Assembly (NCBI GenBank): GCA_030606095.1
Contig: JAUWHC010000002.1
Span: 1 to 35,702 of the forward strand
Direction: 5' to 3'
Source of the DNA: Promethearchaeota archaeon
Lineage (GTDB): Archaea; Asgardarchaeota; Lokiarchaeia; Sigyniarchaeales; SOKP01
DNA: 35,702 nt
This document shows positions 1-8,145 of this stretch, in pieces; within the stretch, counting starts at the first letter, position 1; each line of letters opens with the position of its first letter. The notes beneath the pieces are model-generated. The model did not search any database. It saw only the letters and a list, made by a program, of their open reading frames with translations, and was not told the DNA's origin. Both the position numbers and the translations under genes were made by a program.

Positions 1-24
1 AGCTTAATAATATAATCAAAAATT

Positions 25-90
25 AATTTGGGTCGAATCTTAAGGTAGGAATAAAGGATCGACTTTTAATATAAACCTTCCTATAGATGA
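25..90 (+). pseudogene. Decayed 3'-terminal fragment of a paralogous sensor histidine kinase gene (C-terminus of the HATPase_c domain)
   Basis: nt 25-90 align to nt 5119-5185 (last 22 codons plus stop of the 1561-aa kinase) at roughly 58/66 identities with one 1-nt indel. In the matching frame it reads IWVES-stop-GRNKGSTFNINLPID: TAA at 41-43 replaces GAG, and another in-frame TAA lies at 8-10. Similarity does not extend upstream of nt 25. Confidence 0.6.
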
Positions 91-499
91 TAATTAGATT
101 ATAATATTTCAAATTCTTGTGATATTATTTCAATATCAATATGCTTTTATTTCATTTTATTATAATCAGAAAAATAAAAAGAGAAGATATTTAATTTAAT
201 AAATTGGGAGATACATGTCTAACTGACTACATTCCCCCTAAAAATATCTTAAAATTAAAAAATATAATAATTTAAACTTAATACAATCTTTTTATTCATT
301 TTTTTTTATCAGAAACGATTTTTGTGTGTTTAAATCTATAATTGACAAAAAGGATGATTGTTTTTATATATTTTTGTAAAAATATGTTTACTTAAATGTG
401 TGTTTGTACAAAATTATTAAATAATATTATTTCAATTAATTTTTTGTTAAAAAGATAAAAAGATTTTTATTTTTTCCTTTATTATTTGTGAGTTGAGGT

Positions 500-3400
500 A
501 TGAGAATGGTTTTAAGCAATTTAAATGGGGGGGAGATTTCTTTTCGTAGGCTTGCTGAAAATCTACCAGGAATAATTTATAGAGTCTTAATTGAGGATAA
601 TAATCGAATGATATTCTTTAATGATATGGTTCAAACCATGACTGGTTATGGTCCTGAAGATTTAAAGCGAGGAGAAGTTTGCTCAATTGACCCACTAATA
701 TTTCCAGAAGATAAAATAAATGTAATAAATACTATTAAAAATGCCATTAAAGATGAGATCCCCTTTGAAGTTGAGTACCGTATAAAACACAAAAATGGAA
801 ATGTAAAATGGTTTATTGACAGAGGTAAGCCTATTAAAGGAGACAATGGAAAACCTTCCTATATTGATGGAGTTATTTTTGATATTACAAAAAGGAAAAG
901 AATGGAACTAAAATTATTAGAATCTAAAAACAGATATCAGTTTATTTCTGAAAATGTAAATGATATGATTTCTATTCTAGACGAAAAAATGAGATATGAA
1001 TTTGTTAACGAACAAGCTTTTTTTAACATTATGGGTAGAAAAAAAGAAATGTTAATTGGAAAATCTGCAATTAGTTGGACGCATCCTGAAGATGTTAAAA
1101 GGTGTAGAAATGTTTTCAAAATGGGTTTTGAGACCGGAAAAGGCAAAGTAGAAGCAAGATTTAAAGATGAAAATGGAGATTATCATTGGTTTGAGATTAA
1201 AGGTAAACTTTTTATAGATTTTGAGGGTAAAACAAAGGGTTTAACAATTTCAAGAGATATAACCAAATATAAGCTGTTAGAAAATGATTTAGAAAACACT
1301 ATCAAAAAATTGGATATATTAAATCGGATTATTTTATCTGGAAATAAAGCAGAGGATCTGACAATCTTGTTAAAGACAGTCTTAGATTCTACGCTTAAAT
1401 TGATGGATTTTGAAGGTGGAGGTATTTATTTAGTGGATGAAACCAATAGAACGGCTGAAATTGTTTACCATAAAGATGTACCTCTTGATTTTTTTGAACA
1501 GACTAAAAAAGTTAAAATTGATGAAAACATTTATCGTAAGGTCTTTATTGAAGGGGTTCCAATTTATACTAATAATTATCCTCAAATTAATCCAGAACGA
1601 GCTAAAAAATGGAACATATTATCTTTAGCTAGCATTCCTTTATTCACTAAAGATAGGATTATCGGCTCATTAAATATCGCTTCAAAAAGTAGATATACTT
1701 TTTCTGCTGATGAAAAAAGCCTACTCCAATCTATCGGAGCAGAGATGGGTATAATTATTGAAAAAATGTTTGTAGAACAATCTCTACGAGAAAGCGAATT
1801 AAATTTTAAAACGCTTTTTAATTCTTTATCTGACTTTCTATTTGTCTTTAATACTGAAGGAGGAGTTTTACGAGTCAATCGCTCTGTAATCGAACAATTA
1901 AAATATTCAGAACAGGAAATTATGAATATGAATATTTTTAATTTTTATCCTTCTTACCTCCACAATGAAGTTTCTGCTATTTTTGGTCAAATAATAGAAG
2001 GAAAAACCGATTATTGTGATATCCCACTATTAACAAAAGATGGCAAATTAATTCTCGTTGAAACCAAATTTACACGAGGAGAATGGGATAATAAAGATGT
2101 ATTTTTTGGAATTAGTCGTGATGTAACAGAAAAGAAGGAAGCAGAGAAAAATTTACGAAAAATTGCTCATCGATGGCGAACAACATTTGATGCTATGAGT
2201 GAATCTGTTTTTCTTATAGATATAGAAAAAAATATTCTCCAGTGTAATAAAGCTACTTTAGATATCTTGGGAAAGGAGAAATATAAAGAAATAATTGGGC
2301 ATCCATGTTGTGAGATTATGCATGGTACAAACGAACCTATAGAATGGTGTCCTATGGTGCGTATGATTGAGAGCCATCATAAAGAATCCTCTATCGCTCA
2401 AATAGGAGATAGGTGGTGTGAAATCTCGGTTGATCCCGTTATTAATGATGAAGGAACCCTCATTGGAGCAGTGCATATTATAACAGATATTACAGAACGT
2501 AGAAAAGTGGAACGAGAGTTAAAAGAATCCGAAGAAAAATATCGATATTTGATAGAAAATTCATTAGAAGGAGTATGGGTTATAGATTCAAATGCCAATG
2601 CTATTTTAATTAATCCAAGTATGGCTAAAATGTTAGGATATACTGCAGAAGAAATGGTTGGAAAATCTTTATTTACATTTATGGATAAAAAAGAAATAAA
2701 AAATACAAAAAAACATCTTGAAAGACGTAAAAAAGGTATTTCAGAAGAGAGAGATTCTGAATTGATTCATAAAAATGGTAAAAAGATTTATTTAAAAGTA
2801 AGAGCATCGCCTATCTTTGATATTGAGGGAAAATATGAAGGCACTTTCGCATTTTTGAGTAATATCACTCAAAGAAAATTAACAGAGGAAAAATTAAAAG
2901 ATTCTGAGGAAAAATATCGATATTTATTTGATAACGCACAAGTAGGGTTATATTGGTCAAGCATCAGCGATGGTAAAATTTTAGAATGCAATGATACTTT
3001 TACCAAATTATTGGGATATGATACGCGAGAGGAATGTTTAGAAAATTTTAATGTTATTGAACATTATATCGATCCAAATGCGCGGAGTGAAATATTAGAA
3101 GAAATCCATGATAATGAAGAAGATAAGAATTATGAAATACATGTCACCAAAAAAGATGGTACTCCCATTTGGGTGAGTGTCTCTGCTCGTATGTTTGAAA
3201 AAGAAGATCGTATTGAAGGAGCCTTTATTGATATCACCGAACGTAAAAAGGCAGAGAGGGAATTGCAACTTGAGCGGGATAACCTCTTAAATATTTTTAA
3301 TTCTATGGAAGATGGAGTTTATATCGTAGATAAAAATTATAATCTCGAATACGTAAATCCAAGCCTCGTGAAGGAATTTGGACAATTCGAAGGAATGAAG

Positions 3401-5185
3401 TGTTTTAAATATTTTGAAGATCTGAACGAAATTTGTCCGCAGTGCAAAAATAAAGAATTATTTCAAGGAAAAACATTAAAAGGGGAATGGTTTTCGTTCA
3501 AAAACCAAAAAACTTACGATCTTATTGATACGCCTTTGAAAAATCCAGATGGAAGTATTTCAAAATTAGGAATTTTTCGAGATGAAACTGATAGAAAACA
3601 AGCTGAAAAAATAATAAAAGAATCGGAAGAAAAATATAGAGTTTTATTTGAAAGTTCTCCAATTTCATTATGGGAAGAGGATTTCTCGGAGTTAAAAAAT
3701 TACATTGAGTTATTAAAGAACTCTGGAACAAAAGATTTCCGTGTATATTTCGATAAAAATCCCGAAGAAGTTAAAAAATGCGTATCAATGATAAAAATAG
3801 TTGATATAAATAAAAAAACGATTGAATTATACAAAGCTAATAAAAAAGATGACTTTTTTGTTGGTTTAGATAATGTATTTACGGAGGAATACATAGACAC
3901 ATTTAAAGAAATAATAATAAGCCTTGTCGGAGGAAAAACTAGATTTGAATCTGAAACGATTAACTGTACATTTAACGGTGATAAGTTATTTGTTTTCTTA
4001 GTATGTGAAATTGTGGCTGGTTTTAAAGAAGATTGGTCAAAAGCATTAATTTCAATAATTGATATCTCTGAGCGTAAAAAAGCAGAACAAAAGCTAATAG
4101 GATCTGAGGAAAAATTCAGAACGATTGCTGAACGAACTTTAATGGGCATAATAATCGTACAAGATAATCAATTTAAATATGTAAACGATGCTTTATTAAA
4201 TATGTTTGAATACTCTAAAGAAGAAGTTTTAAATTGGAAAAAAGATGATCTAACTAAACTAATTCATCCTGACGAATTATTATTCCTTAGAGAATACCAT
4301 GAGCACCTAAGAAGTAGTGATAAAAGATTTAAACCATTCTATTCTTATAGAGTGTTTACTAAATCAGGTAAAGTGAAATGGATTGACCAATTTTCTAAAG
4401 AGATATATTACAAAGGAAGATCTGCAGAACTTGTTACCATAATAGATATTACTGAAAAGAAGGAAGCAGAACAGGAATTAATAAAATTAAATGACCTTAA
4501 ATCCGAATTGCTAAGGAGAACTTCTCACGAATTAAGAACGCCTCTTGTTTCTATTAAAGGCTTTTCTGACCTTTTATTAGAATTGCATAGCGACAAACTC
4601 GATGATTATGTGATAAATTCAATTAAACAAATTAAAGAAGGTTGTTCTCGGCTTGAATCTCTTGTTAATGATATTTTAAAAACCGCCGAATTAAAATCTG
4701 GCACTACTCATTTAAAGAAATCTAAAGAGGATTTATCTCTCTTAATAAAGATATGTGTAAGTGAATTAGAAGGATTGTCAGAGTTGAGAAATCATAAGAT
4801 AATTTTAAATATTCCAGATGAATTATTTTGTAAGTTTGAAAAAGGACAAATGCACAAAGTCATATGTAATATCTTAAATAATGGAATAAAGTTCACACCT
4901 ATCAATGGAAGAATAGAAATCAAAACGGAAAAAAAAAATAGCTCTATTATAATTTCAATAAAAGATAACGGGCTTGGTTTTACAAAGGAAGAAAAATCCC
5001 TTATATTTAAACAATTTGGAAAAATTGAACGCTATGGTCAAGGATATGATGTTATTTCTGAAGGTTCGGGATTGGGCTTATATATATCAAAAAAAATTGT
5101 AGAATTACACGGTGGACAAATTTGGGTTGAATCTGAGGGTAAGAATAAAGGATCGACTTTTAATATTACCCTTCCATTAGATTGA
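500..5185 (+). CDS. Multi-sensor histidine kinase: 2 PAS, GAF, 7 PAS, HisKA, HATPase_c
   Basis: 1561-aa ORF. The PAC-end/linker signature x-D-(I/V)-T-x-(R/K)-K recurs nine times, at about aa 128, 253, 541, 663, 789, 911, 1028, 1188 and 1316, each followed by a short coiled-coil linker (SEEKYRYL and similar). GAF-like segment at aa ~272-424. H-box SHELRTPL (His1343, nt 4526-4528), N-box NILNNGIKFT, G1 DNGLGF, G2 GSGLGL. No TM helices seen, so it is predicted cytoplasmic. Confidence 0.9.
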   Translation: MRMVLSNLNGGEISFRRLAENLPGIIYRVLIEDNNRMIFFNDMVQTMTGYGPEDLKRGEVCSIDPLIFPEDKINVINTIKNAIKDEIPFEVEYRIKHKNGNVKWFIDRGKPIKGDNGKPSYIDGVIFDITKRKRMELKLLESKNRYQFISENVNDMISILDEKMRYEFVNEQAFFNIMGRKKEMLIGKSAISWTHPEDVKRCRNVFKMGFETGKGKVEARFKDENGDYHWFEIKGKLFIDFEGKTKGLTISRDITKYKLLENDLENTIKKLDILNRIILSGNKAEDLTILLKTVLDSTLKLMDFEGGGIYLVDETNRTAEIVYHKDVPLDFFEQTKKVKIDENIYRKVFIEGVPIYTNNYPQINPERAKKWNILSLASIPLFTKDRIIGSLNIASKSRYTFSADEKSLLQSIGAEMGIIIEKMFVEQSLRESELNFKTLFNSLSDFLFVFNTEGGVLRVNRSVIEQLKYSEQEIMNMNIFNFYPSYLHNEVSAIFGQIIEGKTDYCDIPLLTKDGKLILVETKFTRGEWDNKDVFFGISRDVTEKKEAEKNLRKIAHRWRTTFDAMSESVFLIDIEKNILQCNKATLDILGKEKYKEIIGHPCCEIMHGTNEPIEWCPMVRMIESHHKESSIAQIGDRWCEISVDPVINDEGTLIGAVHIITDITERRKVERELKESEEKYRYLIENSLEGVWVIDSNANAILINPSMAKMLGYTAEEMVGKSLFTFMDKKEIKNTKKHLERRKKGISEERDSELIHKNGKKIYLKVRASPIFDIEGKYEGTFAFLSNITQRKLTEEKLKDSEEKYRYLFDNAQVGLYWSSISDGKILECNDTFTKLLGYDTREECLENFNVIEHYIDPNARSEILEEIHDNEEDKNYEIHVTKKDGTPIWVSVSARMFEKEDRIEGAFIDITERKKAERELQLERDNLLNIFNSMEDGVYIVDKNYNLEYVNPSLVKEFGQFEGMKCFKYFEDLNEICPQCKNKELFQGKTLKGEWFSFKNQKTYDLIDTPLKNPDGSISKLGIFRDETDRKQAEKIIKESEEKYRVLFESSPISLWEEDFSELKNYIELLKNSGTKDFRVYFDKNPEEVKKCVSMIKIVDINKKTIELYKANKKDDFFVGLDNVFTEEYIDTFKEIIISLVGGKTRFESETINCTFNGDKLFVFLVCEIVAGFKEDWSKALISIIDISERKKAEQKLIGSEEKFRTIAERTLMGIIIVQDNQFKYVNDALLNMFEYSKEEVLNWKKDDLTKLIHPDELLFLREYHEHLRSSDKRFKPFYSYRVFTKSGKVKWIDQFSKEIYYKGRSAELVTIIDITEKKEAEQELIKLNDLKSELLRRTSHELRTPLVSIKGFSDLLLELHSDKLDDYVINSIKQIKEGCSRLESLVNDILKTAELKSGTTHLKKSKEDLSLLIKICVSELEGLSELRNHKIILNIPDELFCKFEKGQMHKVICNILNNGIKFTPINGRIEIKTEKKNSSIIISIKDNGLGFTKEEKSLIFKQFGKIERYGQGYDVISEGSGLGLYISKKIVELHGGQIWVESEGKNKGSTFNITLPLD

Positions 5186-5233
5186 AACTAAAAATTTTTA
5201 ATAATTAATACTACTAAATATTTAAACAAAATA

Positions 5234-5252
5234 AAAGGAGAATTTCTCCTTT
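5234..5252. terminator. Perfect 8-bp stem / 3-nt loop hairpin between convergent genes (candidate bidirectional terminator)
   Basis: AAAGGAGA (5234-5241), loop ATT, TCTCCTTT (5245-5252). Lies between the kinase stop (5185) and the stop of the minus-strand gene (5276), with T/A runs on both sides. Confidence 0.35.
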
Positions 5253-5275
5253 ATACAATTCAAAGAGATTAATAA

Positions 5276-5956
5276 TTATAAATAATCAAAAAGAATATTA
5301 AGATCAGAAAAACTGAATGGTTTACAGAATAATCCATCTGCTCCAGTTTCCTTAATTTTTTTATTAGCTTCCGATTCTGGGATGGCTGTTATATAATATA
5401 TAGGAATGTGTTTTAATTTATCGTCTTGTTTAATTTTTTTACAAATTTCATAACCATTAATATCAGGTAAAACTATGTCTAAAATTATCAGTTTTGGAGT
5501 TGTTCTGCTTAATTCATCTAATCCCTTGGTTCCAGTTGTAACTCCGAAAGAGGAAAATCCATTTATATCAAAAAAATCAGTTAATACCATGATTGTGGGA
5601 GTATCATCATCAATAATTAAAACATCATAAGTAGCATTAACCGGTTCAAACTCGTTAATAATATTATTAATCTTTCTTTCAAGAAATAAGCTTTGATCAT
5701 ATATCTCTTTAATCCTTAATAAAATATTTGTATCCAATTTATCAGATTCGTGTTCAAGGATTAATTGAGAAAAACCTTTAATTGAAGTGAGCGGTTCCTT
5801 TAAATCGTGAGTAATTTTGGAAAAATTATTTATAAGTGATATTAGAGGTTCAGAATCAATATAAAAATCGACTGCTTTTCTAATTAACATAGAAATTGTT
5901 GAAAACTCATATTCATCTACGAAATTCTCCCATTTGTTTTTAGTAGCCTCCGACAC
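5276..5956 (-). CDS. RHH (CopG/Arc-like) - DHp/HisKA phosphoacceptor - receiver (REC) protein without a catalytic ATPase domain
   Basis: N-terminal ribbon-helix-helix pattern (..SEATKNKWENFVDEYEFSTISMLIRKAVDFYI). H-box ITHDLKEPLTSIKGFSQLILE (His50). C-terminal REC with DD (LIIDDD), phospho-acceptor Asp in LIILDIVLPD, T in YYITA and K in CKPF. No N/G1/G2 boxes. The called start is GTG, and the conserved sequence continues upstream (see finding at 5957-6007). Confidence 0.7.
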   Translation of the reverse strand: MSEATKNKWENFVDEYEFSTISMLIRKAVDFYIDSEPLISLINNFSKITHDLKEPLTSIKGFSQLILEHESDKLDTNILLRIKEIYDQSLFLERKINNIINEFEPVNATYDVLIIDDDTPTIMVLTDFFDINGFSSFGVTTGTKGLDELSRTTPKLIILDIVLPDINGYEICKKIKQDDKLKHIPIYYITAIPESEANKKIKETGADGLFCKPFSFSDLNILFDYL

Positions 5957-6300
5957 TAATATGCCTATTCGTTTTGTATCATCAGTTTTTTTTTCATTTG
6001 CAATAATCTACATCACATTCTTACTAATTTTTCTTATAATGATATTATTCTTTTACATAATTATAAGTTTTCACTAAAAAAATTAAATACAACTCACAAA
6101 TTATCCATTTATTAAATGATTTCTGAGGTATAATATATATTTATATAAAAGAAATTATTAAATCTATAGTATATTTTATGAGATAATTAGTAATTCTCAA
6201 TTTTTATAGCAATAAATTCAATAATAATCTTTTAGTCTTTATTTTTTTATGTTGTTTTTTTTTATAGTGTATGAAATCTAAAATTACAATAGGATAAGAA

Positions 6301-6930
6301 TTAAAAAAAGAAATCTGCTAAATCATAAATCTCTATTAGTTTTTCTACTAAGAGGTTGGTATTTCCTTTTAATTCATCAAATGATTTATTTTGAATAACT
6401 TTTTGATCTTTCCAAAGAAAGATATAAATCATTCTAAAATATTTTCCATATATTAAGTTTCCTCCTTCAAAATCGATGTCTCCATCGTAAGCCATAATCC
6501 CAAAAATATTTCTATCGTCAAATAAAGTTAAAATACTAATTAAATTTTTATAAAATTTTGAGCTCATAAACGATCTATCCATTACATTAGCTACTTTATG
6601 GTCAAACCCCTTTCCATCTTTTCGAGGCATTTTCAGATGATAAAATCTTAACACATTTTCTAATTCATTTATATTTTTTCGAGCATTTTCAAGTATTTTA
6701 TTACTTATGGAAGAGCCTTCTTCAATCTTATCAATTTTTTGAGAACCCCTATGCTTTCCATTACTATCTATGAATGCGAGAAAAGAGGGGCAATTATGAC
6801 CCTCGTCATGGTTTTTTATTAATATTGATGAAAGACCAGACTTTTTTTTATATTCAATTTTTTTTCTAAAACTCAATTGGCAATATGGACATATCATATT
6901 TACTGTAATAACTTCTCTTGAATGACTCAT
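6301..6930 (-). CDS. Hypothetical protein with N-terminal C2HC zinc-ribbon-like motif
   Basis: 209-aa ORF. Has ICPYCQ...(x25)...GHNCP near the N-terminus. The C-terminal half (FGIMAYDGDIDFEGGNLIYGKYFRMIYIFLWKD) is a mixed alpha/beta region with no family I can name. Sits between the two RHH-DHp-REC paralogs on the same strand. Confidence 0.5.
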   Translation of the reverse strand: MSHSREVITVNMICPYCQLSFRKKIEYKKKSGLSSILIKNHDEGHNCPSFLAFIDSNGKHRGSQKIDKIEEGSSISNKILENARKNINELENVLRFYHLKMPRKDGKGFDHKVANVMDRSFMSSKFYKNLISILTLFDDRNIFGIMAYDGDIDFEGGNLIYGKYFRMIYIFLWKDQKVIQNKSFDELKGNTNLLVEKLIEIYDLADFFF

Positions 6931-7050
6931 CTTCTTCCATAGCTATAATCTTGTAAGGGTTTATAAACTTTAGTAAATATAAAAAATTATCTTAGAATTT
7001 TTCAGACTTCCTATTGATTATTAAATCTACGATATCTATTGAATATGTGA

Positions 7051-7794
7051 TTATTTTAAATAATCAAATAATATCTTAAATTGTGAGAAGTTAAATGGTT
7101 TAAGAAAATATCCATTTGCTCCTTTTTGTTTAAAAATTTTACTTACTTCTAATTCTGGAATTGCGGTTATAAAATAGATTGGAATCTCTTTAAATCTTTT
7201 ATCTTTTTTAATCTTTTCACATATTTCATATCCACTTATATCAGGTAATATTATATCAAGTAGGATTAATTTGGGTTTTACTTTATTTATCTCTTCTAAT
7301 GCTTTAATTCCGGTTAAGACTCCAAAAGTAGTAAATCCTTTAAATTCAAAAAAATCGTTAAGAAGTGTAGTAGTGGGTAAATCATCTTCTATGATTAAAA
7401 CATCATATTGAGGATGTTTTTCTTCTAAATTAAAAAAGTATTTATCTATTTTACTTTCCAGAAAATTACTTTGCTTATAAATTTCTTTGAGTCTATATTG
7501 AAAGTTAGAATCTAATTTATCTGCATAATTTTCAAGGATTAATTGGGAAAATCCTTTTATCGAAGTGAGCGGTTCTTTTAAATCATGCGATAACTTCGTT
7601 AAATTCTCTAAAAATGAATATTTGGTTTTTAATTCAATAAGAAAATCAACTGCTTTTCTGATTAATTTGGAAACAGTAGAAAAATTATTATTTTCTGCAT
7701 AATTTTCCCATTTAGTTTTTGTTGCTTCAGATACTAAAATTCCAATCCGTTTAATTTTCTCGCTATTAATATTTTCTTTCGGAATTAAAAACAC
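7051..7794 (-). CDS. RHH - DHp/HisKA - receiver protein, paralog of 5276-5956
   Basis: 247 aa, roughly 55-60% identical by eye to the 5276-5956 product over its full length. Full RHH including the beta-strand KRIGILVSEATKTKWENYAENNNFSTVSKLIRKAVDFLI. H-box LSHDLKEPLTSIKGFSQLILE. REC residues DVLIIEDD, LILLDIILPD, YFITA and LKPF. No ATP-binding domain. Confidence 0.75.
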   Translation of the reverse strand: MFLIPKENINSEKIKRIGILVSEATKTKWENYAENNNFSTVSKLIRKAVDFLIELKTKYSFLENLTKLSHDLKEPLTSIKGFSQLILENYADKLDSNFQYRLKEIYKQSNFLESKIDKYFFNLEEKHPQYDVLIIEDDLPTTTLLNDFFEFKGFTTFGVLTGIKALEEINKVKPKLILLDIILPDISGYEICEKIKKDKRFKEIPIYFITAIPELEVSKIFKQKGANGYFLKPFNFSQFKILFDYLK

Positions 7795-7818
7795 TCTTTA
7801 GAGTTTAATTAAAATCTA

Positions 7819-7842
7819 TTCATTCTTAATCAATATTTAATC
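7819..7842. repeat. Copy 1 of an imperfect direct repeat upstream of the 7051-7794 gene (possible operator)
   Basis: TTCATTC-TTAATCAA-TATTTAATC, compared with TTCATTCATTAATCAAATATTAAT at 7997-8020. The shared blocks are TTCATTC, TTAATCAA and TATT. The AT-rich background makes a chance match plausible. Confidence 0.2.
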
Positions 7843-7996
7843 TTCGATAGGTAAAAATAATGTTTATTTTTTCTTTTAGAATTCTGAATCATTAATAGAA
7901 AAAGAAAGTAAATTCAAAAAAAAATACTCGAAGATTCTTTTTCTTCTATTTCTTAGTTAAATATAGGTACAAACTTTTATAAAAACCTTATGTTTT

Positions 7997-8020
7997 TTCA
8001 TTCATTAATCAAATATTAAT
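7997..8020. repeat. Copy 2 of the imperfect direct repeat in the cheB / RHH-DHp-REC intergenic region
   Basis: See 7819-7842. The two copies lie about 178 bp apart in the 350-bp intergenic region. Confidence 0.2.
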
Positions 8021-8145
8021 TTATTCTTACCCCCGATATTTCTTTTTAGACTTTTTTTAAAATATTATGAAAGTATATTAATTTATATTATTTATTTCGA
8101 TAAAACTATTGTTTTATTTTTTCATAAACTATTTATTTCAACTCT

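Noticed and set aside
646-4149. Minus-strand ORFs inside the histidine kinase gene (646-846, 937-1146, 1582-1878, 2258-2476, 2398-2598, 3522-3731, 3700-4149) and the overlapping plus-strand ORF 1437-1628
   Set aside because: They lie entirely inside a 1561-aa ORF with clear domain signatures. Their translations are low-complexity with no motifs. Long antisense ORFs are expected in AT-rich, stop-poor frames.
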